In this document: one piece after another, positions 45,301 to 59,844 of the stretch
How the letters are laid out: every line of letters starts with the position of its first letter
Numbering within the stretch: the first letter of the stretch is position 1
Origin: Salpingoeca rosetta
Lineage: Eukaryota; Protista; Choanoflagellata
Length of the DNA: 64,000 nucleotides
Direction of reading: 5' to 3'
NCBI GenBank assembly: GCA_033442325.1
Contig: JAWQFM010000013.1
Location: 1,433,035-1,497,034 of the forward strand
The notes under the pieces: model-generated
Databases searched by the model: none
What the model was told of the DNA's origin: nothing
The model's input: only the letters and a program-made list of their open reading frames with translations
Position numbers and translations under genes: made by a program

Positions 45301-46836
45301 GCGCGGCTCATGAGCTCCAGCTTGCCGTTTCGCGTCGTAAACACAAACTCATTGGCCAGGCGGTCCTTCACAAACTCCTCCTCGTGCACCTGGTCGTAGC
45401 AGTTGCTGCAGAACAGGTCGCTGCACACAGTCAAGTTGAAGTCGTCGAGCGTGGACGTATCGGCCTGCGACTCCGACGAATCGTCATCAGACTCATCCTT
45501 GTCCTTCTTCAAGTTGTCGAGGTAGAAGGAGACCAGCTTGCACGGGCCAGAGCACGCCGTGGAGGTGGTCGAGTTTGCATCGCCTTCGCTCTCGCTCATG
45601 CAGGACGAGTCAATCGCCGCAAACACGAAGCGGCCCGTGTTGTCGTTGCGGTGGCACTTGGAGCACGATGCCTTCTCCCCGCGCCTCTGCAGTGAGCGGA
45701 ACAGTGCCTGGCGCAGGAGCTGTGGCGACTCGCGCGGAGGGCTGGGCAGTTCTGCAGCCACAAGCCTGGCAAGCTCTTCCTCATGAAGTCGGCACGCCTC
45801 CTTGAACGCTGCCGCTTGCTGCTTCGCCGCTCGCTCGGCGCGCTTCTTGTCCTCCTTGCGCTTCTTCTTGTCCTTCTGCTTGTCCTTCTCATCGTCATCC
45901 TTGGCTTCAATCACCTGCCGCACCAACGTGCCGGAGCGTGTGCGCCGAATCACGAGCTTCGGACGGCACTTTGCATCAGACCCTTCCTGTGCCTCCATCG
46001 ATGCGTTGGACGAGTCTTCAGCATCATCATCGTCAACATCCGTCTCGTGCATGCGTGAGTCCATCAGGCGGTCAAAAACGGCAAACGGATCCTCAAAGTC
46101 GCGCAGCAAATCACCAATGGTGTCCTTTGGCCGAATGCCTGCGGTCAATTGTTTGTGTGAGCGGGGCGTGTGAGTGTGTGATGTGATTGAGTGTGTGAGT
46201 GTGAGTGTGTGAGTGTGAGTGTGCGTTGGGAGTGTGTGAGTGTGAGTGTGTGAGTGTGAGTGTGCGTTGGGAGTGTGTGAGTGTGTGAGTGCGTGTGTGA
46301 GTGTGTAAGTGTGTAAGTGTGTGAGTGTGTGAGTGTGTGAGTGTGTGAGTGTGTGAGTGTGTGAATGCGTGAGTGCGTGAGTGCGTGAGAGAATGTGTGA
46401 GTGTGTGAGTGCGTGAGAGAGAATGTGTGAGTGTGTGAATGAGCCAGTCAGTCATGTGTGTGAGTGTGTGAGTGCGTGAGAGAGCATGTATGTGTGTGCA
46501 AAGTAGAGGCGGTGAAAGACACATGTGCCTGTGACGTACACTCGACTTGTGCACATCATGGTCAGTCGAGCATGCGATGAACACACTCTCCTAGAGATAG
46601 CTCTCCACACGTGAACATGGATATTTCCATAGAACCCTAACCTTGTCGCTTCTTGGTTTCCTTGTCGACCTTTTCTTTGCGTTTCTTGCGCTCTCGACGA
46701 TCGAGTGCATGCAGCGCTTCGAGCTGCTCAGCAGACTGCAAACACGAAACATAATGGCAGCATGCGGAAGTGTTCAGTGTGCATGTGCGTTGTATTTGTC
46801 GCGAGGGTGTTGCATGTTGCGTGTTGCGTGGTGTGC

Positions 46837-46882
<46 letters not shown>

Positions 46883-49800
46883 TGTGTGTGTGGGTGTGTG
46901 TGCTTTGTGTGTGTGTGTGTGCTTTGTGTGTGTGTGTGTGTGTGCTTTGTGTGTGTGTGTGTGTGTATGATGGGATTGGCAATGTACGGGAATACGAGTG
47001 CACGTCAAGTCAGAAGAACACAGACTCACGATACGTTAGGACACACACGCGCGCATGAACAAAGAACTTGCGAGTTGCACCTTTGCAGTTTTGTCATTGG
47101 CCTTTGCCACTTCTTGTTCAAGGTGCTTCTGTCGCACAGCGGCTGCATCGAGCTCCTTCTTGGCTTTCTGTTGTTGTGCAAAATGTGAGTGAAAGATGAG
47201 AGTGAATCGGTGACTTGTAGTCGAGGACACTGAAGACAGCTTTGCCGTTCAAGAACACTCAAGACAAGCTCTGCAGCTATCACGACTCGCAGAGTGCCAC
47301 GCTTGATCACACAAACACGCACACACGCACAGCCACATAAGGTCACACACTTGACACACATAAGGTCACACACCTGTGTTTCGGCCTCATGGGCCTGGTT
47401 TAAGCGGGCCTGCTCAGTCTTCGTCTCCTTGAGCTCCTTCTCAAGCTGTTGCCCGCATGCACACAACAACACGATATCCACGGCATCAGATACGAATCAA
47501 CATCGACCCTTGCATGATGAGATGATGTACTCACATGCGTGTGTCAGCGAGCAAATTGAGTGCAGGGGAGGGGATGTCGTGTTGTGCAATCACACCTTGA
47601 CGCGTTGATCCTCCTCACGGTGAAATTCCATGGAGCGACGCTCTCTCGCCTGCAGCAGAAACGAGCAATGACACGGCATATTGTGGGTGAGTATGCATTG
47701 GAAATGATACAGGAACAGGGAATGGCGTGCGTGCATGCGTGCATGCGTGCATGCGTGCATGCGTGCATGCATCCATCCGCACACATGTACACGTGTGCGC
47801 TTGCGTATGCACACAATTGTGTCGCTGCACGCCCATGCTCGCTATCAACGACAGCTCAGACAGCAGCGTGTTTCACACGGGTACAGTACAAGGCCTCACC
47901 TTGGACAATTTCTCGTTCTCGGCCTTGAGCTGCTCCACTTGCTTGGTGAGTTTCTCCACGTCTGCCCTGAGCGCTTTGTTCTCTGCTTCCAGGCTCTTCG
48001 TCCTCTCCTTCTCCGCGACCAGCTGCCCTTCCGTTGTGGCGAGCTGTAAGCACACGGTACGCACGGAGTGCACAAGAGACAAAAATAGGTTGTTAAAAGC
48101 AGGCGGGCGCAGGATGAGCCATATTGCGACATGCAACGTGACGCAAATGCAGTGCAGTGACGTCACACAAGCAAATATGAGGCGACAAAACTCGCACGCA
48201 CATGTGATCGCAACGCGCGCACACACACGCATGCACACGCGCATGCACACGCGCACACATGCGCACATACACGCATGCACACATGCACACGCACACGCAT
48301 GCACACACATGCACACTCAGGTACATACACCCCAAACACAGAGGTACACGCTCGTACCTTGTTCTCAAGTTGGCGGATGACTTTGCGCAAGTCGCCCTCC
48401 TTGGCCTGGCTGTTCTTGGCCACGTCGTTGTGCTGCTGTGACACCGCCTTCACATCATCGCGCAGGGTCTGAATGGTGTTGTCACGCTCCTCCAACGCAC
48501 GGTTAGCGGCCTGGCAAAACCGAAGCGACAGTTTGATCAGGGGCAGAGGTGCGAGTGAGAATTGCAGCAGACAATGACAAAGGTTGTGCATGCCCGCCCA
48601 AAGAAAACAACAAAAACTTGTATGCAAATGCGCGGCGAGTATGCTTGACCGTTGCACATGTCATCAAGGCCAACAAACAACACAACATGTCCAACCATAG
48701 CACACAGCTTTGGTGAAGCAGAATGCACCGACGACGCAACGAAACAGATTGTGCGTGATTGCATGTCATGGATGCGTGTGTACATGCGATGTGTGTGCGT
48801 GAGTGCATGCGCGACTTACATCCAATGCTTCCTGGAGATGACGAGCTTTGTTCTGCTCGTGCTTGAGCATGCTGCTCAGTGTGTGGTTTTCACCCTCTGC
48901 AAGTATACAAAGTAAGTGGGAGGAGAGAAAGGCGTCAGCATGCACGCACGCAAACATGACAGTTTGAAGGTCACAACTGTATCTCAAAGAAATATTGAGG
49001 ATGTGATAACATGCGTTGCTGATGACGATACAAATTGTTCAGCTTCGTGCATTTGTACGCGTGCATGCGTGCATGCGTGCATGCATCCCACAGTAACTTA
49101 CGCATGCGGTAGGTCTGCTGCTTCAGCATGCTGGCCTCCACTTCTTGCATGTTCCGGTCCGTCTGCATCGGTGGGGGAGGGGAAGGTGTGTTGGTTGGTT
49201 GGTGGTTTGTTTGCGCGTGCGAGTCAAGGATTTCGTGAGTATTTCGAACAACGGTGCTGGAATATGCAACCCTTGGCAGCGAAATAACCATTCGTGACAC
49301 CATACAAATGACGGAAACTCCACGTTACACACATGCACACATGCACACGTTGCACACGTTGCACACATGCACCCAAATAAACAGCAGCCACACAAACAAA
49401 GCAAGCACACACACACACACAAAGCACACGCGCATGTGCACACGAGGAAGCATGCAAACATCCACAATGTCACACGAGCCCACGCACATGTGCGCTCACC
49501 TTGAGGTCTTCAATTTCGCCGCCTGTGGACGAGAGCTTCAGCTCAAGCGCCTGTTTGTCCCTCTTCATGAGCGCAAGCGCCATCTTCAGGTCGGCAATCT
49601 CAGACTTTGCCTTCTCCAGTGCAAGCGCCTCGTCGCTCATGTCCTTCTTGTGTTTGTTCTTGCTCTTGCTCTTGTGCTTGCCTGGTGAAAGCTCCACAGC
49701 CACCTGCTTCTTGGAGGGTGACTTGATCTTGCTGCTCTTGTGTTTGGACTTGGACGTGGGTGATCGCTCCGTCATGTTGCTGAGCGAGAGCACGATTGTG

Positions 49801-50908
49801 GGCGGCGTGCCAACCGACGTGTTGTGCAGCTTGGCGTTGTGGTGGTGATGACGTGCCTTGTCCTGCTTGTCCTTCTTCTTGTGCTTCTTTGCCTTCTTCT
49901 TCAGTTCCTTCGCCAGAATGTTCTCGAGCTCCGTGTCGCGCTCTTCCTCCCGCTGCTCCTGCGCGTCCTGCGCTGTCAGGCGGCTCAACTGTGCAATTCA
50001 GGCAATGTGGTGAGGTGGCGACACATGTGTGTGCTTGTGTGTGAGCATTTTTGTGCTTGTGTGTGAGCATTTGTGTGCTTGTGTGTGATTGTGCTCGTGT
50101 ATGTTTATGTGTGATTGTGTGCTCGTGTGTGTGTGCTCGTGTGTGTGTGTGTGTGCGTATGTAGTGCGAAGGCTTGTGATGTGAAAGCGCAAAACTGTGG
50201 TAACATGTGTTGCGAGTGCGGCGTTCCCCGTACCTCAAGCATCAGTTCCTTAATGGAGTCCTTTGGTTTCCCGGGATGTGTCCTGCAGTCAGCATTGGAA
50301 TGCAAACGTGCACGTCAGCAGCGGGGACAACAACAACAAGAAGTCACAAGCGACTCTCCAATAGCACATGCATTGGACACACGAACGAGGACAGGAGCAG
50401 AAGAATACAAGTGGATTGTCGGGACTCTGGGAATGCCGCTTGCTTGAGGTTCGTACCTGTCTTCGACTTGCATGGGCGTTGGGTCGTGCTGTAGGAGGGA
50501 CTGCATGCTTGGGTCCTTGCGCCTGCTTGGTGTCTTGTATTCAGACTTTACCTGGACGTTGGGAGAAACCAGAGATAGTGCAGGTGTCATTGAGATTGTG
50601 CATGCTCAGTCATAGCGACCAGTTGGCAAGCCCTTCTCTTGCTTCACACAAACTCACTCACTCACTCACGCACTCAGACACATACACAAACACACACTCA
50701 CACACACACACACACAAACACTTACTCACTCACTCACTCACTCACTCAGACACACACACTCACACACACACACACACTCACACTCACACACACACTCACA
50801 CACTTCCTCACTCACACTTCCTCACTCAGACACACACTCACTCAGACACACGCACTCACACACCTTTGTCTGTTGCGGGCTGAGCAAGCTCCGCTCCGCG
50901 GTTGACAT
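39702..50908 (-). CDS. Gene E: ~2500-aa orphan with N-terminal coiled coil, K/D-rich middle with Cys/His clusters and disordered R/S/H/Q-rich tail
   Basis: ATG 50908 (MSTAERSLLSPQQTK), then about 12 small phase-consistent, mostly coiled-coil exons, then a ~6.1 kb exon from 46138. It ends either at 39975 or by splicing to a last small exon (ADSSQ..SEN*, stop 39702). Confidence 0.75.
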
Positions 50909-51538
50909 GGCTGGTTGTCACTGCCTGGAATCCTCTCCCAAGCGCACGTGAACTAAGCATGTTGATGGTGCAACACAGAACATGGGGGAAGGAAGTGGTT
51001 TGAGCACAGTGAGAGGCTACAAGAACAACACCGTGCACATAACATGCACATAACATGCATATGTAGCACGAGGCAAGTGCATGTGTGTGCAGTGCGGATG
51101 ATGCATGCCACTGCGTTCTATCCATTGTCCCCATGTGTGCCTCTCTGTGTGTCTCCTCCCTGAGCCACCCTCTTCTATCACATCTCCATTTCATTCGGGC
51201 AGATGCAGGAGGAGTCAACGCATCCTTATCATCATCAGCATCATCATCATCCATCGACCTTGTCGTCGCGGAGGAGGTGTGATGATGTGATGTAGGATGC
51301 GATGAAGTGCCGCTGGCTGTTGTTGTGGGTGGAAATGAGGGGCAACAGCAACAACAGCAACTTTTTTTTCGACTCGGCGGCGATTTGAAATTGGCGGTGC
51401 GAAAATTCATCTTTTACTGTGGCGACATCCCAAAGTTTTCACAACAGGGCAAACGAACAGCCCATTTCATCTACTAACACCACAAAATGCAGTGGAGAAA
51501 GCACGCTTGGCTGGCTGGGTGAATGCGAGCGCGCACAC

Positions 51539-51629
<91 letters not shown>

Positions 51630-51668
51630 CACGCACGCACACACACACACACACACACACTATCGGTG

Positions 51669-51932
51669 CTATGATGATGCGGGCTGCATGAGGCCCAACC
51701 ATCCTCGGGTGCGAGACGTCGTGGAGTGCAACACCTGCGATGACAACAACAGCAGCAGCGGAGACGGGTGAGGAGATGAGAAGCAATTGCAACTAGACAC
51801 AGATGCATTCGCGAGGATATGTACAGAAATGTGGGTGTTTCTGTTGGTGACGCGAACCTCTTCGTGCTCTTTTGGGGTGAACTGCAGTATCGTGGAAATG
51901 ACCTTGGCCAACTCCTACATGAGCACAAGTGA

Positions 51933-51973
<41 letters not shown>

Positions 51974-52702
51974 AGTGAGTGAGTGAATGTGCGTATGCGT
52001 GTGTGTGAGTGTGTGAGTGAGTGTGTTTGTGTGCAAGGAGTGGCTGCATCTGCGAGACAAAAAAAGTGTTGGGTGTTGGTTGGCATATGCACACACACGC
52101 GCATACGCATACATAACAAACACATACATAACACCACACACACACACACACCCAGCGCGTACCTCCTGGTGGGAGCCAAGCATGTATTGGTAAACGACGT
52201 TCTTGAGATACAGCAGTTGGTTATCGGTGTCGGACCTGTTGGAAGCAATGGAATCACACAGGAAAACGAAGAATGTGCGTGTGTGCGAGTGTGTGGGTGA
52301 GTGAGTGAGTGAGTGAGGGGTGGAGGTAAAGGGGGAGGTAAAGCCAGCATGCACGCACATAGCGACACACCCACGCACACCCACGCACACCCACGCGCAC
52401 ACACGCACACACTGAATAGTGTCACGAATAGCACGCACTTTTGCTGTTGGAGGACAGCGAGTCGATCCTTGAGGTCTTGGATGTGCTGCTGCTGCTGCTG
52501 CGTGGATAAGTCACTGCCAAGCGCAGTCTCGGGGCTGGCCTGCAGCGCAAGCTGATGCGTCTTCACATCCAGCTCGTGTTGCAGCTGTGTGATGTTGGTG
52601 CGATGGCAGGCATAGAGTACATGAGCAAGCCTCACAAACAGGGACACAACCACATTCTCGCATAACAAGACGCACACACACACGCACACACACACACACA
52701 CA

Positions 52703-52743
<41 letters not shown>

Positions 52744-54101
52744 GCATGCACGCATACGCATGCACGCACACACACGCATGCACACACACACGCACGCACA
52801 CGCATGCACACACACACACACCGCAGCGCAGGGCACCTGCTGGATTTCCTCGTCGCGGGCTGTTAGCGCATCATGGAGTTCGTCCACTTGCTGCTGTAGC
52901 TTTTGCAACGCGGCTTCCCGCTCTGTCGCCGCCTCTGTCAACTCAGCAATGTGTTGCTGCTGTTGTTCGACCTTCGCCTCGAGCGCCTGTGCTTGCTGCT
53001 CGTCGCGTTGCCTGTTCTCCTCATCATCATTCTCCTCGTCGTGTGCGGCTGCACTGACAACGAGATCAGCGACCATCGCCACAATGCGACGGGCGCGCGC
53101 CTGCAGCTGCATCTCACTGCCGGCACCACTGCCATCACCATCTTCTTCATCGGCTTCCTCCTCCTCCTCGTCGTCGTCTTTGATGGCGAGATGTTGTTCA
53201 AGATCAGCAAGCAGCGATTCAAACGAACGCCGAACACTCGCAGCAGCGCCTTCCTCAGCTGCCGCCCGATCCTGTTGATTGGTTGTTTGGGATGGGTTGT
53301 TGGCCTTATGTGAGCAAGCGAGTGTGTGTGTGTGTGTGTGTGTACGTGTACTTTGTGTGATGGTGCGAGCAGCGTACGCAGTGTCAACGCAATATGTGTG
53401 TATGTGCAGGGCAGAACCCACAACACCAAAGGTGCATGTGCAACAGCACGTGCTATAACCTGCATGGCGAGCTTCAGCTGCTTGATCTCCGCCTCGTGAT
53501 CATCACGTTCGCGTGTCAACGCTTCAACCCGCGCCTCCAGCTGTATCGTCGCACACATCCGCACAGTGCACGCACATGAAGTGAGCACGCCGACGCTCGT
53601 GCAACCATACACGCACGCGCGCACACACACGCACGGACACACATGCACGCACACTGTTGCACTGACTGCTTGCCCCTCAACCTTCCCTCTCCCAACGTGC
53701 CCTCTCCCAAATACACACTCACACACGTGTATGTGTTCACCTTCTGTGCGCGGTCGTCTGTCTCCTGTGCAGCGTGCTGCTTGTCCTCGTGTGCCCTGTC
53801 CGCCTCCTCCTTCGCCACCTGCAGCTCAAGCTTCACCTCGGCCAGTGCCGCTCGCTCCTCTTCAAGTGCACGTGCAATCTCCTCCGCTTCCGCCGTCTTG
53901 TGCTCAAGCTCGCTGCGCACTGCTACCAGCTGCGTGTCTCTCTCCGCCATCTCAGCCTTGAGCCGCTCCACCAGCACTTCCGTGTCCTCCAGTGCTTGCT
54001 GCATCTCGCCCATCTCCTCCTTCATCTCTGTTGTCGCTGCTGCTGATGACTCATCGCGCACCGCCAGCTGCGCCCGCACCGCATCCAGCTCCTGTGGCGG
54101 T

Positions 54102-54199
<98 letters not shown>

Positions 54200-56117
54200 G
54201 TGACCATCGTAGGGCAACATATACACATGCATGAGAGGTGTGCATGAGGATATGTAAATGGCTTGTCACGCATGCATGCTCAGACACACGCATAACCACA
54301 CACGCACACAAACACACACACACGTACCCGCGCACGCACACACACGCACACGCAAACACAAAGCAAATACACACACACCTGCTGGGCCTGTAGCAGCTCT
54401 TCCTTCTTCGCGTTGAGGGAAGTGATGACAGACTTTGCCTTTGAGCGCAGCTTGGCAATCAACGTTGCGTTGTTCTGTGCATCTTCCTCCAGCTGGGGCA
54501 CCTTCTCTGCCTCCTTTTTCGCCTCTCGCAGCTGCTCCTTCAGCTCGTCCATCTGTCTCGCTGCCGCGTCCTTGTCCTTCAGTTGCTCTCGAAGGTCAGA
54601 CAAGTGCTCGTTCAGCTCCTCTTGATTGCGCGCCTTACTCTCAAGCGCCTTCACTTCCTCCTTCAACGCCTGCATTTCCTCGGCGAGTGCCTCTGCCTGT
54701 TGTTCTTTCTCCTCCTTCGCTGCGGTCACTTCGTCTAGCGTGGCAGCCAACCGGGCCATCTCCTCCTTCGCCTGCTTTCCCTCCTCCTGTGCTGTCTCTA
54801 CTTCACCTTTCGCCGCTTCAAGCTGTGCCTGCAAGGATGCCTTCTCCGCCTGCACCGCCGCCACCTTCTCCTCCGCCTCCACCAACTGCTCCTGTGCGTG
54901 TGCATGTGCGCGTGCTTCTTCTTCCAGTGCGTCAATGCGCTGTGCCAGCTCGTCGCGCGCCTCACGCACCGCTGCAAGCTCACCCTCCAACGCGTCCACC
55001 TTCGCTTCAGCCGCCTCCTTGGCCTCTGTGGCAGCTGCAACCTCTCGTGCCAGGGCCTCTGTGCGCGCCTGCTGTGCCTCTGCTTCCTCCTTTGCAGCAG
55101 CGACAGCGGCGTCACGCTCATCCATTGCCTGCTTCACGCTGTCCATCTCCTTCTGCAGGGCGTCGCGTTCACCCTTGACCTCCTTCAGCTTGGCCTTAAA
55201 CTTGTCAAACAAGTTTGTCTTCTGCTTCGCCGCGTCTGTTGCTTCCTGCAACTGCGCGCGCTCGCTGCTCCACTCCTCAGCCTTCTTTTCCATCGCCTAC
55301 AGATGCAAAGGGAGGACGCAGGTGGATGGGTGAGGGAAGGTGGGAGGGAGAGGTATATTGAGGGAGTGAAGGGGGGAGGTGAAGGAGGAAATGTGTGAGG
55401 GCAGGCGCGTGTGATTGTAAAAGAGGGATGTGTGTGGAACTGTTTGTGCAGTGCATGTGTTCATGTGCACACACTCAGACATTCAAGCAAACAAAAGCAC
55501 ACAAAATAAAAGCACATTGACACGAGTTTCGTATCCCATGGCAACAGCACGTAACAATTAAGCTCCCCGGCCGCACCTGCTTTGCTTCCGTGGCCGTGTC
55601 CAACTCCTTGCTGAGCTGCTCACACTTCTCCTCCAGCTTCCGCGTTGCCTCCACGGCCGCGTTCATCTCCTGCTCGTACAGCTGCGCCCGGCTCTGTGCT
55701 TCCTCTTGCGCCTGCACAGCAGCAGCGCGTGCTGCCTCAAGCTTCTCAAGGTCGTCTGCCTTGGCTTCAAGCTGTTCCCGCAGCGCTGCCACGCCCTCCT
55801 CATTTGCGCGCACCTGCGATGCCAACTGTCCTTGAAGGTCTTCAATCGTCTTCTCCGCCTCTGCGTGCTGTGCCTGCACGGCATCAAGCTTCGCCGCTAG
55901 CTCCTGCGTCTGCTTCCCGCCATCCTCTTGCTCTGTGCGCAGGCGGTTGTTGTCCTCCAGCCAGGCCTTGGCTTTCTCCTTCAACTTTGACAGGCGAACC
56001 TAAATACAAGCGTGTGAGAGCACGGGGTGTGAACGTTACATGGTGTGATGACTCATGTGTATGGAGGGACATCAAACCCATAAAGATTGGGCCTCCCAGC
56101 ACGCACGCACGCACACG

Positions 56118-56163
<46 letters not shown>

Positions 56164-59100
56164 CGCTTTGCACATGCACGCTCAAGCAGACACGTACACT
56201 TACATCCACACATACGCACACAAGCATGTCCACAAGCATGTGCACGCCGCACAGTTCCACATGCACATGCACACGCACACGCACACGCACACGCACACGC
56301 ACACACACGCACGCACGCACGCGTACCTTCAAGGAGTTATTTTCCTCCTCAAGGGCGGTGTGATGCTCCTCCGTTTTCGCTTCAAGTGTGGCCTGCAACC
56401 CCTTCAAGTCGCTGCGCAGCGCCTGCAGCTGTGTCTCCTTCTCTTCAGCAACAGCGATGCTGGATTGCTCGCCGTCCTCCTTCGTTGCTGCCAGCGCTGC
56501 CTGCAGGCTTTCAACCTGTCCTTGAAGGTCCTCCACCTGCTCGCGGGCAGCCTGAGCGCCCTCCGTGGCCGTCGCCAGCTCCTCCTTCACCTCCGCCAGC
56601 TCTGCGGCGATGGCGTCGCGCTCCCTGCACGCCGCCGTCTCGCCCTCCGTCTGCTGCGCGTGCGCGTCTTCGAGCTTCCCCTGGGCGACCTCCAACTCCA
56701 GTGCCAGCTTCTGCACCTCCGCTGTCAGCTCGTCCACCTTGCCCGTCGCCGCCTCCGCTTCGCTCGCCTTCGATTGCAGCGCTTCCGTCAATTCAGCCAT
56801 GTCCTCCCCCAGTTCCTTGCGCGCATCCTGTGCAGCACGCAGCTGCTCCGCCCTCTCCTCCTTGTCCACTTGCAGCGCTGACAGCTGTGCTTGAAGGGAG
56901 GACCGCTCCTCCTCATGCTCGGCCTTCAGTTGTGCAATCTGCTCCTGTACGCCTGCGCTGGACTGCTGGTGCTCCTCGGCCTGCCTGGACGCGGCGTCGA
57001 CCTTCTCCCTGAGCGAGGCGACCTCCTCCCTCGCCGCTTGCAGCGCCGTCGTGGTCGCCTCGAGGTCAGCGCGTACCGCCTGCTCCTTCTCCATCGCAGC
57101 CCGCCCCTCCCGCAGCCACGTCTCCGCCTTGCCCTTGAGCTTCGTCAGGTGCACCTGCAACTCCTTGATCTTCCCCGCTTGCTCCTCCGACCGCTGTGTG
57201 GCTGCCGTGTGGGCTGCCTCTGCCTCACCGCGCACCCGCTGCACCTCCGCCTTCAACGCCGCCACCTCCTCTTCCTTCTGCTGCACAGCGCTCGCCTGTG
57301 CCTCCCTGTCTGCCTTCGCTGCTGCCACCTGGTCGGTCAGCGTTGCGGCACGTGCCTCTGCGTCCTCCTTTGCTGCTGTCAGCTCACGTGCGCGTGCGTC
57401 CAATGTATTTAGCTCCTCTTGCAGTGCATCTCGCTTGTCCTCTGCTTCCTTCAGCGCCGTTTGCAGCTGCTGCATTTGTGTTGTCGTCTCGGCAGCAAGC
57501 TTCTCTCGATCCTCCTCCCCCGCAGACTGTGCACTCTCCAGTGCCGCTTGCAGCTCGCTCACCTGCGCCTCTGCTGTGTCCGCACGATCGCTTGCTGCCT
57601 TCTCCTCCTCCTGTGCACTCTCCAGTGCCGCTTGCAGCTCGCTCACCTGCGCCTCTGCTGTGTCCGCACGATCGCTTGCTGCCTTCTCCTCCTCCTGTGC
57701 ACTCTCCAGTGCCGCTTGCAGCTCGCTCACCTGCGCCTCTGCTGTGTCCGCACGATCGCTTGCTGCCTTCTCCTCCTCCTGTGCACTCTCCAGTGCCGCT
57801 TGCAGCTCGCTCACCTGCGCCTCTGCTGTGTCCGCACGATCGCTTGCTGCCTTCTCCTCCTCCTGTGCACTCTCAAGTGCCGCTTGCAGCTCGCTCACCT
57901 GTCCCTGCATCTGCTGCTTCACTTGCTTGGCTGCCTCCTCGCTGCCCTCCTGCACAGATGCCTGCAGTTCGGCGAGCTGTGTGCGCAGGGCGTCTCGCTC
58001 CTTCTCCGCCGCGTCCACCGCCTGTCGGTGCTCCTGTGATTCCCGCAGCCACGACTGCGCCTGGCACAATGACAACACGTGGGCCGCGAAGCAGAGGTGT
58101 GTGTGTGTGTGTGTGTGTGTGCACAAGTTGACGTAAAGTTCCGTGGTGGCTGCTGTGTGCGAGGGTTGGTTGCGGCACGCCTTGCTTGCTTGCTTGCAAG
58201 CACCACACACTACACACCACACACCGAATGCATACACAGACCTTATCTTTCAGCTTTTGGTGCTTTTCCTGCAGAGACGACAGCGACGCTTCAACGCTCT
58301 CCTTCTGCATGCACAAATACACGCGAGCGCAAGAAAGTTGCAGCATAGGGTGAGCAATCAGCACACGCCTCATGCCTGAGATCACACACGCAAACAAACA
58401 CACAAGCAAACACATGCACGCATGTACGCGCACGCACTGCCAAGGAATCCCGATATTCAGCAAACCACCACCACCACCACCACCACCACGACATCATGTG
58501 TTCGTTTGCACCTGCTCCTGCGCCGCTGTGAGCGCGGCCTCTGCCTTCTCAGCGCGCGACTCCGCAGCAGCCTGCACCAGCGGGCACGTGTGTGTGTGTT
58601 GTGTATTGTGCATTGTGCGTGTGAGTGTGTGTGTGAGTGTGGGTGTGAGTCAGTGAGTGAGTGAGTGGAATCGATGAGTGTGTGATTGCACGAGTGCGAG
58701 AGAGACGCCGAAGGGCGACAACGACAAGGAAAATTGGCATCACACGCATTTGATTCAGGCGCAGGTGCTCGCAGGAACAAAATACCACTCACGAGCTTCT
58801 CATTCAGGCTGGCCATGTCCGCGTTTGAAGCAGCGGCAGCATCAAGAGCGCTTTGCTTCTCTGCCTCAAGTGCCTCCACCTGCTCCTGCGACGCAGCCAG
58901 CTCCTGGCCACGCATAGTCATGGTGATGCAAACACCCTCGTAAGCACGCGCGCTCACGCTTGCACACAGCGACAGCACTGCTGACAACAAAAGTTGTCGA
59001 TTGTGCCACAGCAACAGCACACACACACACACAGAGCCGCAACACACACCTGCTTCAGAGCGGCGATGGCATCATCGTGGCTGGTTTGCAGTTCCTGAGC

Positions 59101-59484
59101 GCTAGCCTCCAGCTCATCAACACGCGCACGCAGCGCTGAGCTTTCGGTCTGGCCCGCGTCTGACCAAGGGACGCGTGATGGTGGCGATGGTTTTGAGATA
59201 TGTGTGCATTGTGGGTGTGATAACGTGTGGATATTTGAGTGGATACGTGTGTGTTTAGGTATGTGTGCATTGTGGATGTGTGGATGATTCTGTCGGAGAT
59301 CAGGGGCTGACACGAACCGAGTTGTTGTTGAAGACCTTTCGCTTCTTCCTTCAGCTTTGCCAGCTCCTCCTATCATGCCATATGCAAGTGAGAACAGCAG
59401 TTAGAATGAGGTTAAAACCCGCATGTAAGGAAGACAGGGTCACAACCAAAACCCACGCCATACACGACGCAGGCACACAATGTG

Positions 59485-59530
<46 letters not shown>

Positions 59531-59791
59531 CTGCATGATTAGCAGTCCGTCTATCCACCGACACCCCCCCCCCCTAGCGGTTACCTGCTGTTGGGCCAAC
59601 TGCTCCTTGAGGGTTGAATTTTCTTGCATCATGTCGTCCATGCGGTGCATCATGCTCTGCTTTTCCTCTGTCACTGTGGCAGTGGCGCTGTCCTTCTGCT
59701 TGCGCATGCGTGCAATCTCATCCTCCAACTCGGCGATTTTCGCCACCTGGCGCGCATGCTCCTCGTCATCCGCATCAGCTGCGTGTGTGCA

Positions 59792-59844
<53 letters not shown>

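Noticed and set aside
57528-57901. 84-bp repeat as a CRISPR array or mobile element
   Set aside because: No spacers; it is an in-frame coding repeat in a eukaryotic gene.
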